A program made the position numbers and the translations under genes. Below, piece by piece: positions 41,047 to 50,553 of a DNA stretch of 64,000 nt. Under the pieces are notes generated by a model that saw only the letters and a list, made by a program, of their open reading frames with translations, did not search any database and was not told the origin of the DNA. This stretch comes from Escherichia phage OLB35. The stretch is taken from the sequence record MH992122.1; one strand, written 5' to 3'. How positions within the stretch are numbered: position 1 is the stretch's first letter; each line of letters starts with the position of its first letter.

Positions 41047-41439
41047 CTACTTTTTAAAAGTTTTTTGCAAAAGTTTGATGATTTCGTCGACGTTGGTTTC
41101 ATCTACGATACAATGGATTTTTGTTACACCTAAAGTTATACCTTCGTTAGTAGGTTGAGGCTTTACTAAATCTACCTCAATAAAGTATTTGAACTCGTCA
41201 GGATAAATCTCAAAATAAGTTTCAATTTCACCACCGGCAGAACATACAGTACCATCTTCCATAGTTACACTTACTACGTTTGACGTATCGCTATCATAAT
41301 CAGGTTCCATTCCGTTTACAACAAAACTAGGCCCGTGGAGTTCAATTAATTTTAACATCTTAGCGTTATTGTGTGGTGCTTCTTGAACAAAGTCGTCTTT
41401 AAATAAAGGGTTAATGATATAAGATTTTCCGATTTCCAT
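41047..41439 (-). CDS. hypothetical protein (frd.3-like)
   Basis: 130 aa ORF behind a terminator-plus-early-promoter cassette. Confidence 0.5.
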   Translation of the reverse strand: MEIGKSYIINPLFKDDFVQEAPHNNAKMLKLIELHGPSFVVNGMEPDYDSDTSNVVSVTMEDGTVCSAGGEIETYFEIYPDEFKYFIEVDLVKPQPTNEGITLGVTKIHCIVDETNVDEIIKLLQKTFKK

Positions 41440-41468
41440 TTTGATTTCCTCATGTTGTTGATAAGTCT

Positions 41469-41497
41469 ATACTAACACATCCAGGGAAGAAGTAAAC
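41469..41497 (-). promoter_or_regulatory. T4-type early promoter
   Basis: Reverse strand GTTTAC, 17 nt, TAGTAT, paired with the gene 32 terminator hairpin. Confidence 0.55.
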
Positions 41498-41528
41498 AAC
41501 TTTTTCGGCAATTTACAGATACTCAAAA

Positions 41529-41546
41529 GGGAGACCGAAGTCTCCC
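41529..41546 (-). terminator. terminator hairpin GGGAGAC-UUCG-GUCUCCC after gene 32 (third identical 18 nt copy)
   Basis: Follows the gene 32 stop; transcribed strand reads hairpin then UUUUGAG; early promoter follows. Confidence 0.75.
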
Positions 41547-41552
41547 AATTTA

Positions 41553-42452
41553 TTATAGACCAGCTAACAGGTCATCAAGGTCGCCATCATCAGAAGACGA
41601 GGAACTCATGAAGTCATCTTCAGTTTTTGCAGAACTAAAGGCTTCCATGTCTTTATCAAAATCGTCAAGGTCAGAAGCAACTTTATCTGCAACAGAAGCT
41701 GCTGCGGCTGCTGCACCACCAAGAGCGGCAGTACCAAGAACCTTAGCGAAAGATTCATTTAATTTTTCAAAGGATTTGAACTGGTCTTTAGCCGTCAAAG
41801 TAGTAAGGTCTACCATCTGGTCGTATAGTTCTTTCTGGAATGCTTCGTCATTAATACGAGGAATTTCAGATTGACCCAAGAATTTAGATTCGTCATAGTT
41901 GCTAAAACCAGAAACCTGCTTAGCTTTCAGAACGAAGTTAGCACCTTCAAACGGACAAGTAACATCAACTGGAGTTTCACCCATTTCGGTATCAACTGCA
42001 ATCATTGCATTGATTTTGTCCCAAATCTTTTTACCGAAACGATATTTAAATACTTTACCTTCGTTATCTGGAGCTTGAGGGTCTTTAACAACCAGAATAT
42101 TAGCCCAATAAGAAGTTTTACGTTTCAGTTGAGAATATTCAGTTTTGTTGGTATTGTACAGGTCATTTTTACTAATGTACTGACATACAGGACAAGAGTC
42201 GTAATCACCATGTGTAGAAGAGCAATTTTCAATATACCATTTACCATTTTTCTTGAAACCGTGGTTAACAAGAATTGCAAATGGTAGTGCATCATCAGTT
42301 TTTGCTGGCAAGAAACGAATTACCGCTTGACCATTACCTGATGCATCTAGCTTCAGCTTCCATTCGCCTTTATCTTCTGAAGAGAAACCTTTGTTACCGT
42401 TCAGTTTAGCCATTTGAGCAGCGAGGTCAGCAGTAGATTTACGTTTAAACAT
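41553..42452 (-). CDS. 32: single-stranded DNA-binding protein gp32
   Basis: 299 aa; zinc site [12 protein letters not shown]; acidic C-terminal tail; AT-rich leader upstream. Confidence 0.95.
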   Translation of the reverse strand: MFKRKSTADLAAQMAKLNGNKGFSSEDKGEWKLKLDASGNGQAVIRFLPAKTDDALPFAILVNHGFKKNGKWYIENCSSTHGDYDSCPVCQYISKNDLYNTNKTEYSQLKRKTSYWANILVVKDPQAPDNEGKVFKYRFGKKIWDKINAMIAVDTEMGETPVDVTCPFEGANFVLKAKQVSGFSNYDESKFLGQSEIPRINDEAFQKELYDQMVDLTTLTAKDQFKSFEKLNESFAKVLGTAALGGAAAAAASVADKVASDLDDFDKDMEAFSSAKTEDDFMSSSSSDDGDLDDLLAGL

Positions 42453-42533
42453 GGATTATTACCTTTTATTTAGATTATTTAATTTATTTACAGTTGGTTG
42501 CTACGACACTTATACCTCGTAGCTGGTATGATT

Positions 42534-42541
42534 TATTTATA
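42534..42541 (-). promoter_or_regulatory. late promoter TATAAATA for gene 32
   Basis: Reverse-strand TATAAATA about 80 nt upstream of the gene 32 ATG, followed by an AT-rich leader with TTAAA-type repeats. Confidence 0.55.
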
Positions 42542-42570
42542 AAGTAATTTTAACACACAAGAAATAAAGC

Positions 42571-43224
42571 TTAATACTTACATGATTTGATTGTTTCTAT
42601 GAACAATTTCTTAGCAGCATTTCCATCGATTTGGAGTATTTTTCGATATGCCTTTAATTTGGTAGAATAATTTTGCCAGACTAAATTGTCAGTAAGTTCG
42701 TCATGCTTATCTATAATATTCAAGAATGAATCCAACAACAAGAAGGTTTCAAATGAAATTATATTGCTTTGTAGCAATTTAAATATGTAGCTCGACTGAA
42801 CTTTATTATTATAATCAAATATCTCTTGAAGCGCACTAACTTCCACTTTCTTACTGAAATAGTAGATGTTACGTACATCTTCAGCAAACGTCTCCTTGGC
42901 TTGTTTGAGACGTCCAATATATTCCCTATAGAAAACTAATGCATCAGCGTCTGAGATCTCACCAATCCATGCATCTTGGTTAGCAACTAAGTTACTGATG
43001 AATATCAAAGTGAGTTCCTTTAACTTATATTTCTCTGCTAGTTTCTCAAAGAAATATTTATCTCGGCGTTTTTGATACGCATTATCCGAAACACGCATGC
43101 ACCAGTTATATTTGATTACGTCATACCGACCACCAAAATGGTTTTTGCACATCAAGTATAGTTTATATACCGATTTTCCGTTAATATAACGTTCTCCATC
43201 AGGAGGCATGCGTATTTTAATCAT
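42571..43224 (-). CDS. 59: helicase loader gp59
   Basis: 217 aa as T4 gp59; N-terminus MIKIRMPPDGERYINGKSVYKLYLM. Confidence 0.9.
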   Translation of the reverse strand: MIKIRMPPDGERYINGKSVYKLYLMCKNHFGGRYDVIKYNWCMRVSDNAYQKRRDKYFFEKLAEKYKLKELTLIFISNLVANQDAWIGEISDADALVFYREYIGRLKQAKETFAEDVRNIYYFSKKVEVSALQEIFDYNNKVQSSYIFKLLQSNIISFETFLLLDSFLNIIDKHDELTDNLVWQNYSTKLKAYRKILQIDGNAAKKLFIETIKSCKY

Positions 43225-43900
43225 ATTTCCATCCGGGCCATTTTGAAGATTTAAGTCTATATGTAACTAAAGACGCAGAAATATTAAAAACATTTGAAAC
43301 TTCTTTACACGAGGCGTATTTTATACCATCAATAATTATAGGTTTTTGTTTTTTAATAGTTCTTTCTTTAGAATGCGGCTTTGAATTTGCTATTCTAAGA
43401 GCTTCTTTGGTTGAATCAGGCATCGGCTTATTCGTTTTTCGCCCTTTTCGGACTTTACTCAAGGCCAATTTGTGAGCTTCAGATAGTTTCTTACCCTTAT
43501 TAGGTGACGGTATTTTTCTTTCTAGTCTTGTTTTAGATACTTTAGCCTTAGTCTCTTCAGATCTAGGTTTACCTAATTTAGAAAGTGAAATAGACCTTTT
43601 AGCTTCATCACTTTGTTTTTTACCAGGACCACCTTTACCACCGGGAACTAAGTTATAAGTATCATCTCGCAAAACAAAATCTTCGTTAACCAATTCTGCT
43701 TCTTTTTTATAGGCGTCCTTGTCATTATCATATTCATAAAGAATTTCGGTATAAAAATTTTTTAGTCCATATTTAGCTTTGGCCGCTAATATAGCGCGGC
43801 CTGATCCAATATACCAATCTTTCTCTTTATGTTTTTTGTGTACGCCTATATAAATTTTACCATTTATTTTATTGGTAGTTTTATACACAACGTATTTCAT
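43217..43900 (-). mobile_element. free-standing GIY-YIG homing endonuclease (Seg / I-TevI-like) with NUMOD3-type repeats and C-terminal DNA-binding domain
   Basis: 227 aa; GIY-YIG core VYKTTNKINGKIYIGVH..E..YNLVPGG; Lys/Ser-rich linker repeats; wedged between 33 and 59 with 4 and 8 nt overlaps. Confidence 0.8.
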
Positions 43901-44235
43901 AATAAGAAATCTAACGTATTAGTTTTTTCACCACGAGCAACTGATGGGCGAAGCATGTTTTCGTCAATTGCTTCGCTTGTAATTTTTTCAACAATTCCTG
44001 TAGGAATAAATTTAGCAAATTGTGTTTCTGGAATAGAATTTTCTTCCAAGAAAGCAGTTGTTGCTTCTAAATAAGACATACCAAATTGTTCAACCATGGA
44101 TTCGATAATGAATCCGTTTTCTTGACGGTCAAGCAATTTAGCGATATCATCTTTATCGTGTTTTACTGCTAATTCTTGTTCAGATAAACCGGTCTCATCA
44201 ACCGGTTTAATATCACTTAGTGAAAACTGTGTCAT
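43897..44235 (-). CDS. 33: late transcription co-activator gp33
   Basis: 112 aa, T4 gp33 size and position. Confidence 0.9.
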   Translation of the reverse strand: MTQFSLSDIKPVDETGLSEQELAVKHDKDDIAKLLDRQENGFIIESMVEQFGMSYLEATTAFLEENSIPETQFAKFIPTGIVEKITSEAIDENMLRPSVARGEKTNTLDFLL

Positions 44236-44482
44236 AAAGCTCGACTACCTCTTCGTTTTCAGCTTCAAATTGGTCACGAGCATCTTTATGATAAAGAGCT
44301 AACAAACGATTAAACATTTTTCCATCGACGCCAAGCTCTTCTTTAGCACGAGTACGAATGTCTTTAATCAGTTCATTATAACCAGAAATTTTAAGTTTGT
44401 TATCGGAAGCTTCCTTGACTAGTTTAGCCAGTTCTTCACCATGCACATCTTGATTAAATTCAACTGCTTCTTTCTTAGCCAT
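44213..44482 (-). CDS. dsbA: double-stranded DNA binding protein DsbA
   Basis: 89 aa as T4 DsbA, overlaps gene 33 start. Confidence 0.85.
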   Translation of the reverse strand: MAKKEAVEFNQDVHGEELAKLVKEASDNKLKISGYNELIKDIRTRAKEELGVDGKMFNRLLALYHKDARDQFEAENEEVVELYDTVFTK

Positions 44483-44489
44483 GTTTACC

Positions 44490-45407
44490 TCAGAATTCGT
44501 TAATTACACTTGTTAATTTAGAAAGACCAGATTTTACAAAGTATGAATAAATCTTGCCTTTAGGTTGTGGTTGATATGAGTTATAATACTCTATAATGGT
44601 TGAAGCAATATTATCAGGAATATAATCAAAATCAATTAGAACTAAATTTTCCTGATACCGTTTATATTCTTCTGCACTTAATAATACTTCAGCTTGAGAA
44701 CGGTCATTGGCAATTGCTTCAATAATCGTTGTTTTCATGCTTGGAGTTCGTTCGCCTTCAACTCGAGTAAACCAGAAGTCACCACGAACTCGAACAGACG
44801 CAACACCATCTTTACGGTCGCCTTTAAGAATTTTAGTCATGCAATCAATTTCAGCAGAACCATTCTTAATTTTAACCCATTTTTTCTGCGGTGGCGACCA
44901 CTGTTTAACGTTAGGGTACTTGTGTAATTGTGTAAAGTCACCATCTGATGCAACAATACACACCTTATGACCAGCTAATGACAAATATTTAGTTAATACA
45001 CCGATATGGTCATCCGCTTCGTATTTGTCAATATCCATTACAACGTATGGCATATATTTCTTAATCTCATCAACAACTTGATGAAGTGCAGTAAAATATC
45101 CTTCCCAATCCCACTTTGAAGCTTCACGATCGGTTTTACGATTTTTCTTATAATAGTAAGCAAAGTCACGACGCCAATATCCAGAAGTAGCGTTATCCAT
45201 GCACAATACAAATTTTGTATAACCTTGCTTACGGAACATCACTACGTTTTTACGAATTGAATTCAAGACTACATGGCGAACCATCGGAACAGTAATTTTA
45301 TCACCGTCTTCAAAGTTGTTTAATGCAGCTGCCAATGCAATGTTACTAAAGTCGGCAAGTGCAATACCTTCTTTGTAATCTTCATTCAACATCATTTCTA
45401 AATCCAT
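44490..45407 (-). CDS. rnh: RNase H (5'-3' exonuclease)
   Basis: 305 aa as T4 Rnh; position upstream of dsbA. Confidence 0.9.
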   Translation of the reverse strand: MDLEMMLNEDYKEGIALADFSNIALAAALNNFEDGDKITVPMVRHVVLNSIRKNVVMFRKQGYTKFVLCMDNATSGYWRRDFAYYYKKNRKTDREASKWDWEGYFTALHQVVDEIKKYMPYVVMDIDKYEADDHIGVLTKYLSLAGHKVCIVASDGDFTQLHKYPNVKQWSPPQKKWVKIKNGSAEIDCMTKILKGDRKDGVASVRVRGDFWFTRVEGERTPSMKTTIIEAIANDRSQAEVLLSAEEYKRYQENLVLIDFDYIPDNIASTIIEYYNSYQPQPKGKIYSYFVKSGLSKLTSVINEF

Positions 45408-45485
45408 ATGAACCTCTTGTTCAGTTAGTCAACTTGGACTATAGTAACATACTAGTTCGAAAGCGTAAATAGTCTTTTACTCATT

Positions 45486-45493
45486 TATAAATA
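45486..45493 (+). promoter_or_regulatory. late promoter TATAAATA for gene 34
   Basis: Exact TATAAATA 34 nt upstream of the gene 34 ATG. Confidence 0.7.
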
Positions 45494-45527
45494 GTAAAAT
45501 AGAACACATAATGATAAGAGGACTACC

Positions 45528-48500
45528 ATGGTTGACATCAAACGTAAGTTCAGGGCCGAAGATGGTCTTGACGCAGGCGGTGATAAGATAGTTAACGTTG
45601 CGCTTGCTGACCGCACAGTTGGCACCGATGGCGTGAACGTTGACTTTTTGGTGCAAGAAAACACCGTACAGAATTATGACGATACGCGCGCGTATACAAA
45701 AGATTTTATTGTTCTTTATGATAATCGTTTTTATCAAGCTTTAAACGATATTCCAGCTCCGGCAGGCCCTTTCTCTTTGGCTAAATGGAAGGCAACTCGT
45801 ACAGATGCAGAATGGATTACAGTTCAAGGCGGAGATTTCCAATTATCAGTAGGTAACTCTATCGCGGTTGATACTTCAGCTGGCACTGATATTAATTTCA
45901 CTTTGCCTCAAAATCCTTTAGATGGCGATACAGTTATTTTGTCTGATATTGGCGGTAGAGTAGGCTATGTAAAAGTTCAAATTACTGCAGCGGCTCAAAG
46001 TATTGTAAACTTTAGAGGACAACAGGTTCGTTCAGTTTTAATGACGCACCCAAAATCTAAAATGGTCTTCATTTTTAGCAACCGCCTATGGCAAATGTAT
46101 GTTTCTGATTACGAACGTAATGCAGTCACAGTAACTCCTGCTAAGCCATATCAGGCGCAACCTAATGATTTTATCATTCGACGTTTTACATCAGCCGCTC
46201 CTATTAATATTACATTGCCTCGTAATGCTAATAATGGCGATATTATTAATTTAGTTGATTTAGACAAATTAAACCCATTATATCACACAATTGTCAAAAC
46301 TTACGATGATACAACTTCTATACGAGAAGCTGGTGTTCATGTAGCAGAAGGACGTAATACTGCGGAAGCATTCTTTGTTTATGATTCTGCTAATAGCTTA
46401 TGGCGTGTTTGGGAAGGTGACCAGAAATCTCGTTTACGTATAGTTCGTAATGATACTGATTTACGCCCTAATGAAGAAGTTCTTGTTTTTGGAACTAATA
46501 ATGATACAATCTCGACGGTAAATCTTACTTTGCCTACAGATATTTTGTCTGGTGATACTGTTAAAATATCGTTGAATTATATGCGTAAAGGGCAAACTGT
46601 AAAAATTAAAGCTGCTGAAGGCGATACAATTGCTAGCAGTATTTCTTTATTACAGTTCCCAAAACGTTCAGAGTATCCACCTGATGCACAATGGGTTTCT
46701 GTTAGTGAGCTGGAATTTAATGGCGATACTTCGTATGTACCTGTACTTGAGTTAGCTTATATAGAAGATTATTCATCTGAAACAAAATATTGGGTAGTTC
46801 AACAAAACACTGTAACCGTCGAACGAGTCGATGCATCGAGCAATACAACTCGAGCTCGTTTAGGTGTTATTGCTCTTGCTTCTCAAGCGCAAGCAAATGT
46901 CGATTTAGAAAATGCTCCTGGTAAAGAACTGGCTATTACTCCGGAAACATTAGCAAATCGTACAGCAACTGAAACTCGTCGTGGTATTGCTCGTATTGCA
47001 ACAACTGCACAAGTTAACCAGAATACCGATTTTGCATTCCAAGACGACTTGATTATTTCTCCTAAGAAATTGAACGAACGTACAGCAACTGAAACCCGTA
47101 GAGGTGTTGCTGAAGTTGCAACTCAGGCTGAAACTAATGCTGGCACAGATGATACCACTATTATTACTCCTAAGAAATTGGATGCCCGTCAAGGTTCTGA
47201 AGTTTTATCTGGTATTGTAAAATACACATCTACGACTGGTACTACAGCGGCTACTGTTCGTGGTAATGCTGGGACTAACGTTTATAACAAAGCCGTAGAT
47301 AATTTAACTATTTCTCCAAAGGCTCTTGACCAGTATAAAGCTACCCCTACTCAACAGGGCGCAGTAATTCTTGCTATTGAAAGTGAAGTTATCGCTGGTG
47401 AATCACAAGCCGGTTGGGCTAATGCTGTAGTGACCCCTGAAACACTACATAAGAAAACTTCTACTGATGGACGTATTGGTTTAATTGAAATTGCTACGCA
47501 AGCAGAAACTAACACTGGAACTGATTATACTAGAGCAGTAACGCCTAAGACGTTAAATGATAGGAAAGCTACGGAAGGATTATCCGGCATAGCCGAAATT
47601 GCTACGCAAGTTGAATTTGATACTGGAACTGACGATACTCGTATCTCGTCTCCACTGAAAATTAAAACTCATTTTGATTCTTCTGACCGTACCAGTGTTA
47701 ATTCTGATTCCGGACTTATTGAAGAAGGAACCTTGTGGAACCATTATACTCTTGATATTTCTAAAGCAAATGAAACACAACGTGGTACACTTCGCGTAGC
47801 GACTCAGGCAGAATCTAATGCCGGAACTTTAGATGATGTTCTTATTACTCCTAAAAAACTTTTAGGGACTAAGTCCACTGAAACGTCTGAAGGTGTGATT
47901 AAGGTTGCTACTCAAGATGAAACTGTAACGGGAACTTCCACTAATACCGCTGTATCACCTAAGAATTTAAAATGGATTGTCCAGGATGAACCAACATGGG
48001 CTGCTACTACGGCAATTCGTGGATTCGTTAAAACTTCATCCGGTTCTATTACATTCGTTGGTGACGATACTCAAGGTAGTACCCAGGATCTGAATCTTTA
48101 CGAGAAAAATAGTTATGCTATTTCTCCATATGAATTAAACCGTGTACTTGCTAACTATTTGCCATTGAAAGCTAAAGCCGTAGATAGTAATCTGTTAGAT
48201 GGTCTAGATTCTCTCCAGTTCATCCGTAGAGACATCGACCAGACGGTTAATGGTTCTTTAAGTCTTACTAAACAGACCAACCTGAGTGCTCCTTTAGTAT
48301 CTACAAGCACTGCTTCTTTTGGATCTGAAGCATCTGTTACTCGTAGATTAACTCTTAATGACTCTAGCGGTTCCGAAATAGTTTTCACTAAAGGAACCCA
48401 ATCTCTTAGTAATAAAGAGAATTTCGTTGTTAGAGCATGGGGTAATAGCGCTACAGATGGTGCCCGTGATACAGTATTTGAAGCTGGTGACGAAACCGGA

Positions 48501-49361
48501 TACCATTTCTATTCTCAGCGCGCTTCTGATAATAAAGTATCATTTAATATTAATGGAACACTTTATTCAACAGGCATTGTTTCTACAAATGGATTAAATG
48601 TTACAGGTGTTTCTACCTTTACCGGGCCTATTAGTGCTACAGGCGAAATTGTTTCTAGTTCTCCTATTGCATTCAGAGCTATTAACGGTAACTATGGTGT
48701 TATGCTTTATAATGCTGGTAACAGTTCTTATATTGCATTAACTAACTCAGGTGACCAGACCGGGACGTTTAATAACTTACGCCCGATTACGATTAACAAT
48801 GCCACAGGATTGGTTCGTCTTGACAACGGTGTTCAAATCACAAGTGGCGCAACAATAACTACCGGTGGGTTAACTGTAAATAACAGGATTATTTCTAACG
48901 GCGTTAAAACTGCTACGGTTTATACCGATAAACCAACAGCTTCTACTGTAGGTTTTTGGTCTATTGACATTAACGATTCTGCTGTATATAGCCAATTCCC
49001 TGGATACTGGACGCGTGATAACAAAGGTAACCGTGACCAAGAAATTAAATATCCTGGTACTTTGACTCAATTTGGTAATAGCTTAGATTCGCTTTATCAG
49101 GATTGGATTTGTTATCCTACAGGTGCAAATGGTGGTAGTATTCGTTATACTCGTACCTGGCAGAAAAATAAAGATGCTTGGACTTCATTTGCAATGGTAT
49201 TTGATAGTGGCAACCCACCTTCACCTAGCGATGTCGGTGCTATCCCATCTGATAATGCTGTTATTGGAAACCTTACTGTTCGAGACTTCTTACAATTAGG
49301 AAATGTGAGAATTGTTCCAGACCCGGTTAACAAAACCGTTAAATTTATATGGGTTGAATAA
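45528..49361 (+). CDS. 34: long tail fibre proximal subunit gp34
   Basis: 1277 aa; late promoter upstream; internal tandem ~40 aa repeats typical of gp34. Confidence 0.9.
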   Translation: MVDIKRKFRAEDGLDAGGDKIVNVALADRTVGTDGVNVDFLVQENTVQNYDDTRAYTKDFIVLYDNRFYQALNDIPAPAGPFSLAKWKATRTDAEWITVQGGDFQLSVGNSIAVDTSAGTDINFTLPQNPLDGDTVILSDIGGRVGYVKVQITAAAQSIVNFRGQQVRSVLMTHPKSKMVFIFSNRLWQMYVSDYERNAVTVTPAKPYQAQPNDFIIRRFTSAAPINITLPRNANNGDIINLVDLDKLNPLYHTIVKTYDDTTSIREAGVHVAEGRNTAEAFFVYDSANSLWRVWEGDQKSRLRIVRNDTDLRPNEEVLVFGTNNDTISTVNLTLPTDILSGDTVKISLNYMRKGQTVKIKAAEGDTIASSISLLQFPKRSEYPPDAQWVSVSELEFNGDTSYVPVLELAYIEDYSSETKYWVVQQNTVTVERVDASSNTTRARLGVIALASQAQANVDLENAPGKELAITPETLANRTATETRRGIARIATTAQVNQNTDFAFQDDLIISPKKLNERTATETRRGVAEVATQAETNAGTDDTTIITPKKLDARQGSEVLSGIVKYTSTTGTTAATVRGNAGTNVYNKAVDNLTISPKALDQYKATPTQQGAVILAIESEVIAGESQAGWANAVVTPETLHKKTSTDGRIGLIEIATQAETNTGTDYTRAVTPKTLNDRKATEGLSGIAEIATQVEFDTGTDDTRISSPLKIKTHFDSSDRTSVNSDSGLIEEGTLWNHYTLDISKANETQRGTLRVATQAESNAGTLDDVLITPKKLLGTKSTETSEGVIKVATQDETVTGTSTNTAVSPKNLKWIVQDEPTWAATTAIRGFVKTSSGSITFVGDDTQGSTQDLNLYEKNSYAISPYELNRVLANYLPLKAKAVDSNLLDGLDSLQFIRRDIDQTVNGSLSLTKQTNLSAPLVSTSTASFGSEASVTRRLTLNDSSGSEIVFTKGTQSLSNKENFVVRAWGNSATDGARDTVFEAGDETGYHFYSQRASDNKVSFNINGTLYSTGIVSTNGLNVTGVSTFTGPISATGEIVSSSPIAFRAINGNYGVMLYNAGNSSYIALTNSGDQTGTFNNLRPITINNATGLVRLDNGVQITSGATITTGGLTVNNRIISNGVKTATVYTDKPTASTVGFWSIDINDSAVYSQFPGYWTRDNKGNRDQEIKYPGTLTQFGNSLDSLYQDWICYPTGANGGSIRYTRTWQKNKDAWTSFAMVFDSGNPPSPSDVGAIPSDNAVIGNLTVRDFLQLGNVRIVPDPVNKTVKFIWVE
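46880..47960 (+). repeat. coding tandem repeats within gp34 (repeated ..ATETRRG.A.IATQAE.N.GTDD..ITPKKL.. units)
   Basis: At least six degenerate repeats of a ~40 aa unit visible in the translation; bounds approximate. Confidence 0.6.
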
Positions 49362-49369
49362 GAGGTTAT

Positions 49370-50494
49370 ATGGAAAAATTTATGGCAAGGTTTGGACAGG
49401 GATACGTCCAAACGCCGTTTTTATCGGAAAGCAATTCAGTTAGATTTAAACTAAGTATAGCGGGTTCATGCCCGCTTTCAACAACTAATCCGTATATTTT
49501 GTTCCAAAATGAGCCTTTAGGGTTGCAGTCTTTTGGTATTGGACTAAATGTTAGGGTAATAAATCCGGAAAATGGAACTATAGTTGATAGTAAATTATAC
49601 AATTTTGCGCCTACAAATAATGCAACTTCGGCCGCGTTTATTTCGTTTGTTAATACATACGCAGATAATTTCATTTTCGCATTTATTTCTAATAACAAAT
49701 TTAATTTGCCGCCAGAAATAATTGAATGGTTTAAAGCTGCTGGGAGTTCAGTTATACCGTCAATTGAAGTTGCTAGTCTTGTTGATATTTCATATTCAGC
49801 GTTTTATGTTTCAGGTAAAAATACTATTGCATTAGAACACATAAAATACAGTAATAAGAAAACAATTTCTGATTACGCAACTCCATTAGATATTGTATAT
49901 GACTCTATTGCTGATATAGGTGCTACCGGCTATCCTAGACGTACATATGAAGCTCTAGAAACGTTTTTATCTCCTGTTGGAGGAACTAACAATGAAATAA
50001 AAAGGGTGCCTACATCATCCCTTGTTACTCCTATCGCAAACTATGGATTAAAGCCTACAGATTTTCTTTATTTGAAATTTCAATTAATGGCTGATGAAGC
50101 ATTACTAGAGGAAGGAACCACAAGACTTTCAATTCGTTTCTTTAAGACTCCATCTAGCTCTCCTATATTGTCTAAAGATATAAACTTTGACGGAACTGCT
50201 GGAGTGTGGAAGTTATACGAAGAATATGTTGAAATACCAGCCGAAGCCGATGGCTTTACAGTATATTGTTACCGTACGGCCCCAGTCGGTCAAGGTGGAC
50301 TAAGAAATGTTATTTTCACTGAAGTATCATGTAACGGAAGTATAGCAAAACCTGCCGAGTTTGGCCTAAATGGTATTCGTGCTAATTACATCGATGAATC
50401 ATTAATTGGTAATGATATAATGGACTTGCCTACCCAGTTATCTAACGACACGGGTAAGGTATTTGGGCAAGAATTTAAAGAGTACACAGAATAA
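49370..50494 (+). CDS. 35: long tail fibre hinge connector gp35
   Basis: 374 aa, position after 34. Confidence 0.85.
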   Translation: MEKFMARFGQGYVQTPFLSESNSVRFKLSIAGSCPLSTTNPYILFQNEPLGLQSFGIGLNVRVINPENGTIVDSKLYNFAPTNNATSAAFISFVNTYADNFIFAFISNNKFNLPPEIIEWFKAAGSSVIPSIEVASLVDISYSAFYVSGKNTIALEHIKYSNKKTISDYATPLDIVYDSIADIGATGYPRRTYEALETFLSPVGGTNNEIKRVPTSSLVTPIANYGLKPTDFLYLKFQLMADEALLEEGTTRLSIRFFKTPSSSPILSKDINFDGTAGVWKLYEEYVEIPAEADGFTVYCYRTAPVGQGGLRNVIFTEVSCNGSIAKPAEFGLNGIRANYIDESLIGNDIMDLPTQLSNDTGKVFGQEFKEYTE

Positions 50495-50495
50495 A

Positions 50496-50511
50496 GGAGA
50501 CTTCGGTCTCC
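50496..50511 (+). terminator. terminator hairpin GGAGAC-UUCG-GUCUCC after gene 35
   Basis: Hairpin followed by TTTT, then the gene 36 late promoter. Confidence 0.75.
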
Positions 50512-50519
50512 TTTTCGCG

Positions 50520-50527
50520 TATAAATA
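50520..50527 (+). promoter_or_regulatory. late promoter TATAAATA for gene 36
   Basis: Exact TATAAATA 26 nt upstream of the gene 36 ATG, just after the gene 35 terminator hairpin. Confidence 0.7.
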
Positions 50528-50553
50528 CTTTAATATTAATAAGGAGACACGAA

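Noticed and set aside
46880-47960. Possible CRISPR-like or tandem DNA repeat array inside gene 34
   Set aside because: Repeats are degenerate and in-frame coding repeats of the tail fibre shaft, with no spacer/repeat regularity
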